DNA from: a bacterium
GTDB taxonomy: Bacteria; Patescibacteriota; Minisyncoccia; Phycocordibacterales; UBA9973
DNA: 29,450 bases
Assembly: GCA_037139635.1 (NCBI GenBank)
Contig: JBAXFW010000001.1
Coordinates: forward strand, 1-29,450
Direction: 5' to 3'
Positions 1 to 7,991 of this stretch are shown in pieces; the first letter of the stretch is position 1; every line of letters starts with the position of its first letter. The position numbers and the translations under genes were made by a program. Below the pieces are notes generated by a model. It had not been told where the DNA came from. It saw nothing but the letters and a program-made list of their open reading frames with translations, and did no database searches.

Positions 1-185
1 GTGATGATTTTAGTTGTCCAGCTGGTACTTCAGGAAAATCGCCAAATTGTACTTGCGATAATAATGCCATTAATCCTATTGCTTGTACTATGTGTTCAAA
101 TGGGGCAACTAACCCCCCAGCCTGTGATGATTTTAGTTGTCCAGCTGGTACTTCAGGAAAATCGCCAAATTGTACTTGTGATAAT
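1..185 (+). repeat. 62-bp direct repeat, two copies (1-62 and 124-185), period 123 nt = 41 codons
   Basis: The copies match at 61/62 nt; the single difference is synonymous (TGC vs TGT, Cys). Confidence 0.97.
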
Positions 186-332
186 GGCGCGGATAATCCA
201 CCGACTTGTAATGTAAACCCCGACCCTGATACTTGTTTTAATAAAGTACAAGACAAGAATGAAAAAGGAATAGACTGTGGAGGAGTTTGTGCAAAATCTT
301 GCAAGAAAGTTCCAAAGTTTATTGAAAGATAG
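3..332 (+). CDS. C-terminal 109 aa of a Cys-rich repeat protein (5' end outside window), probably surface or secreted
   Basis: Frame 3 is open from base 3 to TAG at 330-332: DDFSCPAGTSGKSPNCTCDNNAINPIACTMCSNGATNPPACDDFSCPAGTSGKSPNCTCDNGADNPPTC...TCFNKVQDKNEKGIDCGGVCAKSCKKVPKFIER. It has 14 Cys. The track ORF 90..332 is only its internal-ATG portion. Confidence 0.85.
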   Translation, partial: DDFSCPAGTSGKSPNCTCDNNAINPIACTMCSNGATNPPACDDFSCPAGTSGKSPNCTCDNGADNPPTCNVNPDPDTCFNKVQDKNEKGIDCGGVCAKSCKKVPKFIER

Positions 333-336
333 AATT

Positions 337-378
337 AATTACGAATTACGAATTACGAATTCTAAATTTTAAATACCA
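337..378 (+). repeat. Phased heptamer tract: AATTACG x3, then AATTCTA, AATTTTA, AATACCA
   Basis: Read directly: exact AATTACG at 337, 344 and 351; three further AAT-starting heptamers in the same 7-nt phase. Confidence 0.85.
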
Positions 379-408
379 AAAATTCCCCAGTTGGGGAATT
401 TTTGGTAT
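373..408. terminator. Perfect 17-bp inverted repeat; possible bidirectional terminator or operator
   Basis: ATACCAAAAATTCCCCA (373-389) / GT / TGGGGAATTTTTGGTAT (392-408). CCCC/GGGG core flanked by A5 and T5 tracts, just downstream of the Cys-rich gene. Confidence 0.6.
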
Positions 409-411
409 AAT
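403..411 (+). promoter_or_regulatory. Extended -10 promoter (TGgTATAAT) for pilB, probably leaderless
   Basis: TG at 403-404, TATAAT at 406-411, then 6 nt to ATG at 418. Confidence 0.7.
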
Positions 412-417
412 AGATAT

Positions 418-2181
418 ATGCAAATTGACGAAGATCAATTAAAAAAATTTATTTTAGAATCAAAACTTGTCTCTCGGTCAGATCTAGATGAGGCTCTAGT
501 AAAAGCAACTGAAAAAAAACAAAAGTTTGGTGACATATTACTTTCTGACGGAAAAATTTCCGAAATTGATTTGCGAAGAACTGAAGCTTTTGTCTTAGGA
601 ATTCCGTATGTAAATTTAGCGAACCAAAAAATAGATATTGGAGTATTATCTCTTATTCCAGAACCAATTGCTCGAAACCATAATATTATTGCTTATAAAA
701 AAAGTGATTTAGGGCTGGAAGTTGCAATGCTTGATGTCAGTGATATTCCAGCGACTGATTTTATTAAAAAAAGATCTGGTTTAAAAATCTTACCTCGCCT
801 GACGGACACATCTTCTATCCGATCTGCCCTCGTACAATATAGAAAAAGTTTGCAAGCAGAATTTGATAATATTATTCAGAAAGAAAATTCTTCAATTAAA
901 ACTATTTCAAAAGAAGAAGGGAATACTGCTGGTGGAGAAAAATCTGAAGAAGAATTGAAGGAAATGGCTGAGGATTTACCAGTAGTTAAAATTGTTGACT
1001 CACTTATTTTCCATGCAATTTTACAAAATGCTTCTGATGTACATATCGAACCAGGAGAGTTAGAGTTAATCGTTCGTTACCGTATCGATGGCATATTACA
1101 CGATGCAATGATTTTGGATAAAAATGCGGCACCAGGGATAACGGCTCGTATTAAAGTGCTTTCAAATTTAAAACTAGATGAAAAAAGATTACCGCAAGAT
1201 GGAAGATTTAAAATAGATCAAAATGGAGAAAAAATTTCTTTCCGTGTTTCTACTTTGCCGACATATTTTGGAGAAAAAACAGTTATCCGAATCTTGAAAG
1301 AAAATTCACACGGGCTTTCACTTGAGTCTAGTGGTTTTCATGGAGAAGGACTAGAAAGAATTCATGATTCTTTAAAACAAAAAATCGGCATGGTGCTAGC
1401 TACTGGGCCCACCGGTTCTGGAAAAACTACGACACTATATACAATGCTTGATATTTTAAACCGTCCCGAAGTAAACATTTCTACCATCGAAGATCCTATC
1501 GAATATCAAATGCCTAGAGTAAACCAAACACAAGTGCGTCCTGAAATCGGAATGACTTTTGCTAATGGCCTTCGAACTTTATTACGACAAGACCCAGATA
1601 TTATAATGGTTGGAGAGATTCGAGATAAAGAGACAGCGGGTCTTGCTGTTAACGCTGCTCTAACCGGACATTTAGTATTATCTACAGTTCACACTAACTC
1701 TGCCGCTGGAGCGATACCTCGATTGATTGATATGGGAGTGGAACCATTTCTTTTGGTTTCAACTGTTAAGACAATTATTGCACAGCGTTTGGTTCGTAGA
1801 CTTGTTTCAAATAAAGATAAATATTTTTTGTCGAATGCAGAATTAAAGAATTTAGAAAAATTAATTGACCTCGATCGAGTGATTTTACAACTTAAAAATG
1901 AAAACATAATTGGCCCTAACGACACTTGGGGAGAAGTTCCTTTTTTCAAAGCGAAAAAAGGCGATGACTCATCAGATGGGTATTCTGGAAGAGTTGGAAT
2001 TCATGAAGTTTTGAAAGTGACTGGGACAATTAAGGAATTGATAATTAAAGGCAGTCCTCAAGATGAGATAGAAGTACAAGCAAAAAAAGAAGGAATGGCG
2101 ACAATGCTGGAAGATGGAATTTTAAAAGCAGTACAAGGTTTTACTTCGCTCGAAGAAGTTTTGCGTGTTGTTTCGGAATAA
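418..2181 (+). CDS. pilB: Type IV pilus assembly ATPase (PilB/GspE family)
   Basis: N-terminal MshEN-like/N1D region, ASDVHIEP, RYRIDG, RLPQDGR, Walker A GPTGSGKTT, Asp box TIEDPIE, LRQDPDIIMVGEIRD, His box STVHTN. Start moved from TTG 391 to ATG 418 because 391-417 is the inverted repeat and promoter. Confidence 0.95.
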   Translation: MQIDEDQLKKFILESKLVSRSDLDEALVKATEKKQKFGDILLSDGKISEIDLRRTEAFVLGIPYVNLANQKIDIGVLSLIPEPIARNHNIIAYKKSDLGLEVAMLDVSDIPATDFIKKRSGLKILPRLTDTSSIRSALVQYRKSLQAEFDNIIQKENSSIKTISKEEGNTAGGEKSEEELKEMAEDLPVVKIVDSLIFHAILQNASDVHIEPGELELIVRYRIDGILHDAMILDKNAAPGITARIKVLSNLKLDEKRLPQDGRFKIDQNGEKISFRVSTLPTYFGEKTVIRILKENSHGLSLESSGFHGEGLERIHDSLKQKIGMVLATGPTGSGKTTTLYTMLDILNRPEVNISTIEDPIEYQMPRVNQTQVRPEIGMTFANGLRTLLRQDPDIIMVGEIRDKETAGLAVNAALTGHLVLSTVHTNSAAGAIPRLIDMGVEPFLLVSTVKTIIAQRLVRRLVSNKDKYFLSNAELKNLEKLIDLDRVILQLKNENIIGPNDTWGEVPFFKAKKGDDSSDGYSGRVGIHEVLKVTGTIKELIIKGSPQDEIEVQAKKEGMATMLEDGILKAVQGFTSLEEVLRVVSE

Positions 2182-2204
2182 TTTGAAAAACACTATAAAG
2201 AATA

Positions 2205-3422
2205 ATGAATTTTTCATATAAAGCAAAAACAAAAGAAGGACAAATCGTTGAAGCGACAGCAGATGCTAGTGATAAATTTTCGCTTGCTCGAGAGCTTAAG
2301 TCTCGCGGTTATGTTGTTTTATATATAAAAGAAGAAAAAAGTAATTCTTTTAATCTTGATGATATGGTTCAAAACTTTTTCAGTAAAGTTAAAACCCAAG
2401 AATTAATAATTTTTACAAAAAATTTAAGTGGCATGTTAAAAGCAGGATTATCTTTATCTCGAGCAATTTTAGTTTTACAAAAACAAACAAAAAATAAAAA
2501 ATTTAATAATATTTTAATTTCTTTAAATAACGAGATAAATGCAGGAGGAACATTATCTTCTGGGCTTGCTAAATTTCCAAACATTTTTTCAAAACTTTTT
2601 GTCTCAATGGTTCGAGCTGGAGAAGAATCTGGAAATATGGCAGGAGCTTTGTCTGAGGTAGGTGCGAACATTGAAAAAGCAAACTCATTAACAAAAAAAA
2701 TAAAAGGAGCACTGATTTATCCAGGAGTTATTTTGTCGGCCATGCTTGTGATTGGTATTTTAATGTTTGCTTTTGTTGTACCAACTTTAGCGAAAACTTT
2801 TCAAGACACTGGAGCCGAGCTTCCTGGTTCAACAAAGTTTATAATAGCTCTTGGTACTTTTTTTTCTCAATATTTAATTTTGTCTCTTATCTCAGTAGTT
2901 CTTATGTTTGCAGGAATATTTTATCTTTTCCGAGCTCAATTTATGTCAAAGTATATTGATTATGTAGTTTTGAAACTTCCTGCCGTGGGAGATATGGTAA
3001 GACAATTAAATACAGCTCGTACTGCAAGGTCTTTATCTTCTTTGCTTTTTTCTGGAGTTCCAATAATTCGTGCGATAGAAATAACAGAGGATGTGGTACA
3101 AAACATTTATTATAAAAAGGTTTTGGAAGAAGCAAAAGATGCAATTCAAAAAGGTTCTCCGCTTTCAGAAGTTTTTAAAGCGAATTCAAATTATTACCCA
3201 GTGATGATGTCGGAGATGGTTCAAGTGGGAGAGGAGACTGGTAAATTATCAGATATGTTACTTCAAATTGCTTTGTTTTACGAAGAAGAGATTGAAGCAA
3301 AAACTAAAAATCTTTCGACAATAATCGAACCAGTATTGATGGTATTTATTGGACTGGCCGTAGGATTTTTTGCAGTATCAATGATTTCCCCAATGTATAA
3401 AGTTATGGATGGTATTAAATAA
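2205..3422 (+). CDS. pilC: Type IV pilus inner-membrane platform protein (PilC/GspF family)
   Basis: Two GspF-type repeats (MLKAGLSL...MVRAGEESGNM; LFSGVPI...MVQVGEETGKL), KIKGALIYP, IEPVLMV, three hydrophobic segments; follows pilB. Confidence 0.95.
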   Translation: MNFSYKAKTKEGQIVEATADASDKFSLARELKSRGYVVLYIKEEKSNSFNLDDMVQNFFSKVKTQELIIFTKNLSGMLKAGLSLSRAILVLQKQTKNKKFNNILISLNNEINAGGTLSSGLAKFPNIFSKLFVSMVRAGEESGNMAGALSEVGANIEKANSLTKKIKGALIYPGVILSAMLVIGILMFAFVVPTLAKTFQDTGAELPGSTKFIIALGTFFSQYLILSLISVVLMFAGIFYLFRAQFMSKYIDYVVLKLPAVGDMVRQLNTARTARSLSSLLFSGVPIIRAIEITEDVVQNIYYKKVLEEAKDAIQKGSPLSEVFKANSNYYPVMMSEMVQVGEETGKLSDMLLQIALFYEEEIEAKTKNLSTIIEPVLMVFIGLAVGFFAVSMISPMYKVMDGIK

Positions 3423-3424
3423 TT

Positions 3425-3892
3425 ATGAAATTTTTTTTAAAAAAGGGTTTTACTTTAATAGAAGCAATTATCGTCATAGCAATTATTGGAATTATGGCGA
3501 CAGTGGCTTTTCCTCAACTTACAAAAATTAAAAATTTACAAATTATAAAAAGTTCAAGTGAAGACATTGCTTCCGCCCTAAATAAAGCACGTTCTGAAAC
3601 CTTAGCTTCCTTGAATTCGCTGCAGTATGGCGTGCATTTTGAGGCAAGTAGAATTATAATTTTTAGTGGAAATACTTACATAGCAAATGCTGCTTCTAAT
3701 GAAATAATAAGTATTCCTAGTTCTGCTAATATATCCACTATTTCACTTACAGACGGGGCTACGGAACTTTATTTTAATAGGTTGAGCGGCAATGCAAGTA
3801 AAATAGGGAATATTGTTGTTTCGATTAAATCTAATGCAAGTTTGGCAAAGACGATAACGATATCTGCTACGGGAATAGTAAGTATAAATTAA
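3425..3892 (+). CDS. Type IV minor pilin, FimT/GspH-like
   Basis: Class III signal KKG|FTLIE followed by a hydrophobic helix; LNKARSETL helix; C-terminal ITISATG strand. Confidence 0.85.
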   Translation: MKFFLKKGFTLIEAIIVIAIIGIMATVAFPQLTKIKNLQIIKSSSEDIASALNKARSETLASLNSLQYGVHFEASRIIIFSGNTYIANAASNEIISIPSSANISTISLTDGATELYFNRLSGNASKIGNIVVSIKSNASLAKTITISATGIVSIN

Positions 3893-3893
3893 A

Positions 3894-4379
3894 ATGAAAA
3901 ATTTTAATAAAAAAAATAAAAAAGGATTTATGATGGTTGAAATAATAATTGCAGTTTCTATTATGTTAGTTGTTTCAATCGCCACTTTGTCTGTTGTGCA
4001 AAAAGGATTAAAAATTTCAGGACAATCACTACATTCTACTCAGGCTGCTTTTTTGTTGGAAGAGGGAGGTGAGATAGTTCGTATTTTAAGAGACGGGGCT
4101 TGGAGTAATCTTTCTGGGCTTTCTCTTTCTACAAATTATTATCCTACTTTTTCTGGAAGTACTTGGACGCTTTCTCAGACACCCAACCAAGTTGATTCAT
4201 TCACAAGGACGGTCACATTTTCAAGAGTAGCGAGAGATGTATCCACTGGAGATATTGTTTCTAGTGGCGGTGTGACTGATGATGGAACGCTTTTGGTTAA
4301 CGTTGTTGTTTCGTGGCAAGAAGGTGAACAAAATCTTTCAAAGAATTTATCTTTTTATATTTCAAATATTTTCCAATGA
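3894..4379 (+). CDS. Type IV minor pilin, PilV-like
   Basis: KKG|FMMVE prepilin motif with Glu at +5, hydrophobic helix, QAAFLLEEGGE, C-terminal VNVVVSW. Confidence 0.8.
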   Translation: MKNFNKKNKKGFMMVEIIIAVSIMLVVSIATLSVVQKGLKISGQSLHSTQAAFLLEEGGEIVRILRDGAWSNLSGLSLSTNYYPTFSGSTWTLSQTPNQVDSFTRTVTFSRVARDVSTGDIVSSGGVTDDGTLLVNVVVSWQEGEQNLSKNLSFYISNIFQ

Positions 4380-5377
4380 TAAAAAAAGTAAAAAAATTAA
4401 ATAGAGGGTATTCATTAGTTGAAATGATTTTTTATATATCACTTTTTGCTATTCTTTCGCTAGTCATCTTTAATTTAATGATGACGATGACAAAATCTTT
4501 TAAACAAATATCAATAAAGAGAGAGATTACACAAAGTGGAGAAATAATGGAAAGAATCTCTAGAGAAATTAGAGGAGCAAAAAAAATAAATGCAGTAGCA
4601 GATGTAAATGGTGATTTAAAATTGGATAGTACTGATGATGCAGGTGCTTCAAAATCAATCGAATTTCTTTTGCAAAATAATAATCTTCAAATCATAGAAG
4701 GACAAGTGACACCGCTTGCTGTGGGAGATAATTTTCAAGGAGGGAAAATAGCATATATTTTAAAAGCAGGAGATCCTGGGTACGTTGCGGATGGAGTAAC
4801 TCGTGGTTTTATTTCTGCTTTGAGTAACCAGAGTGCCGGAGGATCGTGGTGGGGTAGTACTGGAGCTTGTGCTAATACAAACATAAATGGAGCTGATGGT
4901 ACGGCTCTTGGAACTGGACTTCAGAATACTATCGATATGGCAAATGCTGGATGCTTGAATATTATTCAAAAAGTTTACGGCGTAAATATTAATGGTTACA
5001 GTGATTGGTACATACCATCAAAAGACGAATTACATAAGTTGTTTATAAATTTAGGTATTACCAGCAAGCTCTGGTCTTCATCAGAGATTAGTGCAAATAA
5101 TGCGTATATTGAAGGTATTACGTATGGATTACCAACTTCAGATACATTCCAAAAAAGTAATGGCGTGCCAGATGTACATGCTATTAGAAATTTTACAAAT
5201 AATTCTTCCATTTATTTAAATAGTCCAAGTATAAAAGTCATGAGTATCCATTTTGATCAGATTAATACTACAAAAGGACAAGCGATAAAAGTTACTTTAA
5301 CTGTTCGGTCAAAACATGATACTAGTAATAGAGATTATATTTATTACAATACCATTGTGTTGAGGGGAGATTATTAA
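4376..5377 (+). CDS. Type IV minor pilin, PilW-like, with an internal DUF1566/Lcl-type (C-type-lectin-fold) domain
   Basis: NRG|YSLVE prepilin motif and MERISREIRGA helix. Internal ~4712-5194 segment has GDNFQGGKIAYIL, SDWYIPSKDEL, WSSSE and VHAIRNF motifs. ATGA overlap with the upstream pilin. Confidence 0.8.
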   Translation: MIKKVKKLNRGYSLVEMIFYISLFAILSLVIFNLMMTMTKSFKQISIKREITQSGEIMERISREIRGAKKINAVADVNGDLKLDSTDDAGASKSIEFLLQNNNLQIIEGQVTPLAVGDNFQGGKIAYILKAGDPGYVADGVTRGFISALSNQSAGGSWWGSTGACANTNINGADGTALGTGLQNTIDMANAGCLNIIQKVYGVNINGYSDWYIPSKDELHKLFINLGITSKLWSSSEISANNAYIEGITYGLPTSDTFQKSNGVPDVHAIRNFTNNSSIYLNSPSIKVMSIHFDQINTTKGQAIKVTLTVRSKHDTSNRDYIYYNTIVLRGDY

Positions 5378-5391
5378 AAAATAAAACAAAA

Positions 5392-7161
5392 ATGAAAGAT
5401 TTTAAAAAAATTAAAAAAAATTCTGGTGCGGCTATGCTTATCGCTGTTATTTTTTTGATTTTTATTTCTCTTGCTATTGTTGGGGGAATTGCTGTCCCTT
5501 CGGTTCGGGAATATAAAATTACTAGTGAAAGTATTAATTCTAAAAAATCATACTTTTTAGCTGAATCAGGAATTGAGGATGCTTTTTATAGAATTGTTAC
5601 CAATAAACCAATTTCAAATTCTGAAACCATAAATCTCGATTCTAACTCAACAACAACTACTATTACTACAAATGGGAATCGGAGAGAAATAGTTTCACTT
5701 GGAGATGTTTTAAATTATGAAAGGAAAGTAGACTTAGCACTTACTGCGGGTTCTGGAGTTTCTTTTAATTATGGTATCCAAGTTGGACAAGGAGGAATAG
5801 ATTTACAGGGAAGTGCTGGAATCAATGGAAATGTTTATGCTAATGGCCCTATAACAGGTAGTACCTCTTCTTTTATTACAGGAACAGCAATTTCAGCCAA
5901 TAGCCCAGCATTAAATGCTGACCAGTCAAATGGCGCTGGTGCTCCAGAGTACAATGTAATTTTTGGAAACGCGAATGCAACTCAAGATATTGCCCAAAGT
6001 TTTAAATTATATACTTCAAGTCCTCTAAATAAAGTTCAATTATATGTAAAAAAAATCAGTACGCCGAGCGACATAGTCGTTAAGGTTGTGAATGATGTAA
6101 ATGGTAGTCCAGGAAATACCGTATATGCAAGTGGCACTCTCACTTCAACTTCTTCTTATGGTTGGGTAGATGTTTATTTTACAACTAATCCTTTGTTGAA
6201 TACTAATACTACTTATTGGTTGGTTGTTGATGCTAGTACTTCTAGTTCAAAATATTTTACAATTGGTGCCTCAAATGTAGGATATGATAATGGGATTGGT
6301 AAAATTGGACAACAGGGAGGTGTCTGGAGTAGTACGACTCCCGCAGGACTAGATTATTTTTTCAAAATTTATTTGGGAGGAGTTTACGGTTTAATCCAGG
6401 GTAGTTCTCTGAGTCAGTGGAATCAATTGAGTATCGGCACAGGAGGCACAGGCAGTGCGCAAGCCCACACAGTAAATTATACTGAAGCAACAGGTCTTAT
6501 ATATTGTCAGAGCGGTGTTGGTAATAATAAATCTTGTACAGCACAAGCAGATCCAGCATATATTCCGTATCCAATTTCTGATGACAATATTACTAAATGG
6601 AAAAAAGATGCAGAACTCGGAAGTACTTACACGGGGAATTATAATACACCTGGCTATGGCTCATCTTCTATGGGCCCAAAAATGATAACGGGTGATTTAA
6701 TTGTTAGTGGAAGCCATACTTTGAATGTTACTGGTACTATCTATGTGAAAGGCAATGTCACTGTTTCCGGCTCAGCAAAAATTGTTCTTGATGATAGTTA
6801 TGGAAATAATAGCGGAATTATCGTTTCTGACGGGTGGCTCAATCTTGAGGGTAGTGGTCAATTGAATGGAGATGGACAAACAGGTAGTTATATTTTATTT
6901 ACTACTACTAGCAATTGTGATAAATCTTTTTGTGCCCATAACGCTATAGATATTTCAGGCTCGGCTGGTTCAGTAGTTTTGAATGCACAAAATGGAACGA
7001 TTTATTTTACGGGTAGCGCTAGTGCTAAAGAAGCAGTAGGATACAAAATGGTTTTAGATGGTTCTACAAAAGTGAGCTATGAGTCAGGTCTTGCAAATTT
7101 AAATTTTTCTAGTGGTCCTACGGGAGGATGGGAAGTTGGAAGTTGGAAGGAAACTGAATAA
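5392..7161 (+). CDS. Large PilX/GspK-like minor pilin or tip adhesin with beta-rich C-terminal domains
   Basis: NSG|AAMLI with no Glu at +5 (PilX/GspK trait), hydrophobic helix, SYFLAESGIEDAFYRI, then long G/S/T/N-rich repeats (xxGSA) and two Cys pairs. Confidence 0.75.
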   Translation: MKDFKKIKKNSGAAMLIAVIFLIFISLAIVGGIAVPSVREYKITSESINSKKSYFLAESGIEDAFYRIVTNKPISNSETINLDSNSTTTTITTNGNRREIVSLGDVLNYERKVDLALTAGSGVSFNYGIQVGQGGIDLQGSAGINGNVYANGPITGSTSSFITGTAISANSPALNADQSNGAGAPEYNVIFGNANATQDIAQSFKLYTSSPLNKVQLYVKKISTPSDIVVKVVNDVNGSPGNTVYASGTLTSTSSYGWVDVYFTTNPLLNTNTTYWLVVDASTSSSKYFTIGASNVGYDNGIGKIGQQGGVWSSTTPAGLDYFFKIYLGGVYGLIQGSSLSQWNQLSIGTGGTGSAQAHTVNYTEATGLIYCQSGVGNNKSCTAQADPAYIPYPISDDNITKWKKDAELGSTYTGNYNTPGYGSSSMGPKMITGDLIVSGSHTLNVTGTIYVKGNVTVSGSAKIVLDDSYGNNSGIIVSDGWLNLEGSGQLNGDGQTGSYILFTTTSNCDKSFCAHNAIDISGSAGSVVLNAQNGTIYFTGSASAKEAVGYKMVLDGSTKVSYESGLANLNFSSGPTGGWEVGSWKETE

Positions 7162-7169
7162 TAATTACT

Positions 7170-7199
7170 TTGCTAAAGTCTGGTCTTGGGTGATACAAT
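7170..7199 (+). promoter_or_regulatory. Sigma70-type promoter for tpiA, probably leaderless
   Basis: TTGCTA (7170-7175), 18 nt, TGaTACAAT (hexamer 7194-7199), then 6 nt to ATG at 7206. Confidence 0.7.
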
Positions 7200-7205
7200 A
7201 AGTGT

Positions 7206-7991
7206 ATGTCTAAAAAAACAGCTAAGAAATTAGTTATTGCGAACTGGAAAATGAATCCGGTCTTAGAAAAGGATGCTGAAAAATTGTTTAAGAGTGTAGT
7301 AAAAGGAGTGCATGCTTTAAAAAATACCGAAGTGGTAGTATGTCCGCCTTTTATATATTTTGATAAATTAAAAAAAGTATCTAAAAAAATAAATCTTGGA
7401 GCGCAAGATGCTTTTTTTGGTGACAGAGGTCCATTTACTGGAGAAGTTTCAGGTGAGATGCTAGAAAATATTGGCATTAAATATGTAATTTTAGGGCATT
7501 CAGAAAGAAGAGCCTTGGGTGAAGAAAATCTTTTAATAAATAAAAAACTAAAAGGAGTGTTGTCATCAGGGCTTATTCCGATTCTTTGTGTTGGCGATGA
7601 AGAAAGGGATGTGAACCATGAATATTTTAATTTTATTAAAACTCAAATCGAAGAAGGATTAAATGGTATTAATAAAGATTTACTTTCGAAAGTAGTTATT
7701 GCGTATGAGCCGATTTGGGCACTTTCTACTACTCTGGGCAGAAAGGATGCGACTCCGGCTGATTCATATGAGATGAATATTTTTATTAAAAAAATTATTT
7801 CAGATAAATTTGGCGTAAAAACAGAAATGCCTAGGATCCTTTATGGTGGCTCAGTAAGTGAAAAAAATATTTTAGACTTTATTATAAATGGTGGCATAGA
7901 CGGAGTGCTTGTGGGTGGCGCGTCGCTCGACTCAAAAAAGTTTTTAGAAATTATTAAAATTGTTGAAACACAAAAGAATGAAATCAATTAA
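7206..7991 (+). CDS. tpiA: Triosephosphate isomerase
   Basis: ANWK, LGHSERR, AYEP, LYGGSV and LVGGASL motifs. Confidence 0.96.
   Translation: MSKKTAKKLVIANWKMNPVLEKDAEKLFKSVVKGVHALKNTEVVVCPPFIYFDKLKKVSKKINLGAQDAFFGDRGPFTGEVSGEMLENIGIKYVILGHSERRALGEENLLINKKLKGVLSSGLIPILCVGDEERDVNHEYFNFIKTQIEEGLNGINKDLLSKVVIAYEPIWALSTTLGRKDATPADSYEMNIFIKKIISDKFGVKTEMPRILYGGSVSEKNILDFIINGGIDGVLVGGASLDSKKFLEIIKIVETQKNEIN

Noticed and set aside
1-185. Direct repeat as a CRISPR array
   Set aside because: The unit is 62 nt, occurs twice, lies in an open frame with a 3n period, and no cas genes are present.
1-216. Frame-1 ORF (MMILVVQLVLQENRQ...)
   Set aside because: Shadow of the Cys-rich repeat gene. The only repeat difference is synonymous in frame 3, which supports frame 3 as coding.
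391-417. Track start of pilB at TTG 391; likewise 7960 for pgk, 9438 for recJ and 11992 for GNAT
   Set aside because: These extensions run through promoters, hairpins or neighbouring genes and add no conserved residues. Downstream ATGs fit better.
4376-5377. A complete diversity-generating retroelement in this window
   Set aside because: No reverse transcriptase, accessory gene or adenine-variant template repeat was seen. Only a candidate target-type domain is present.
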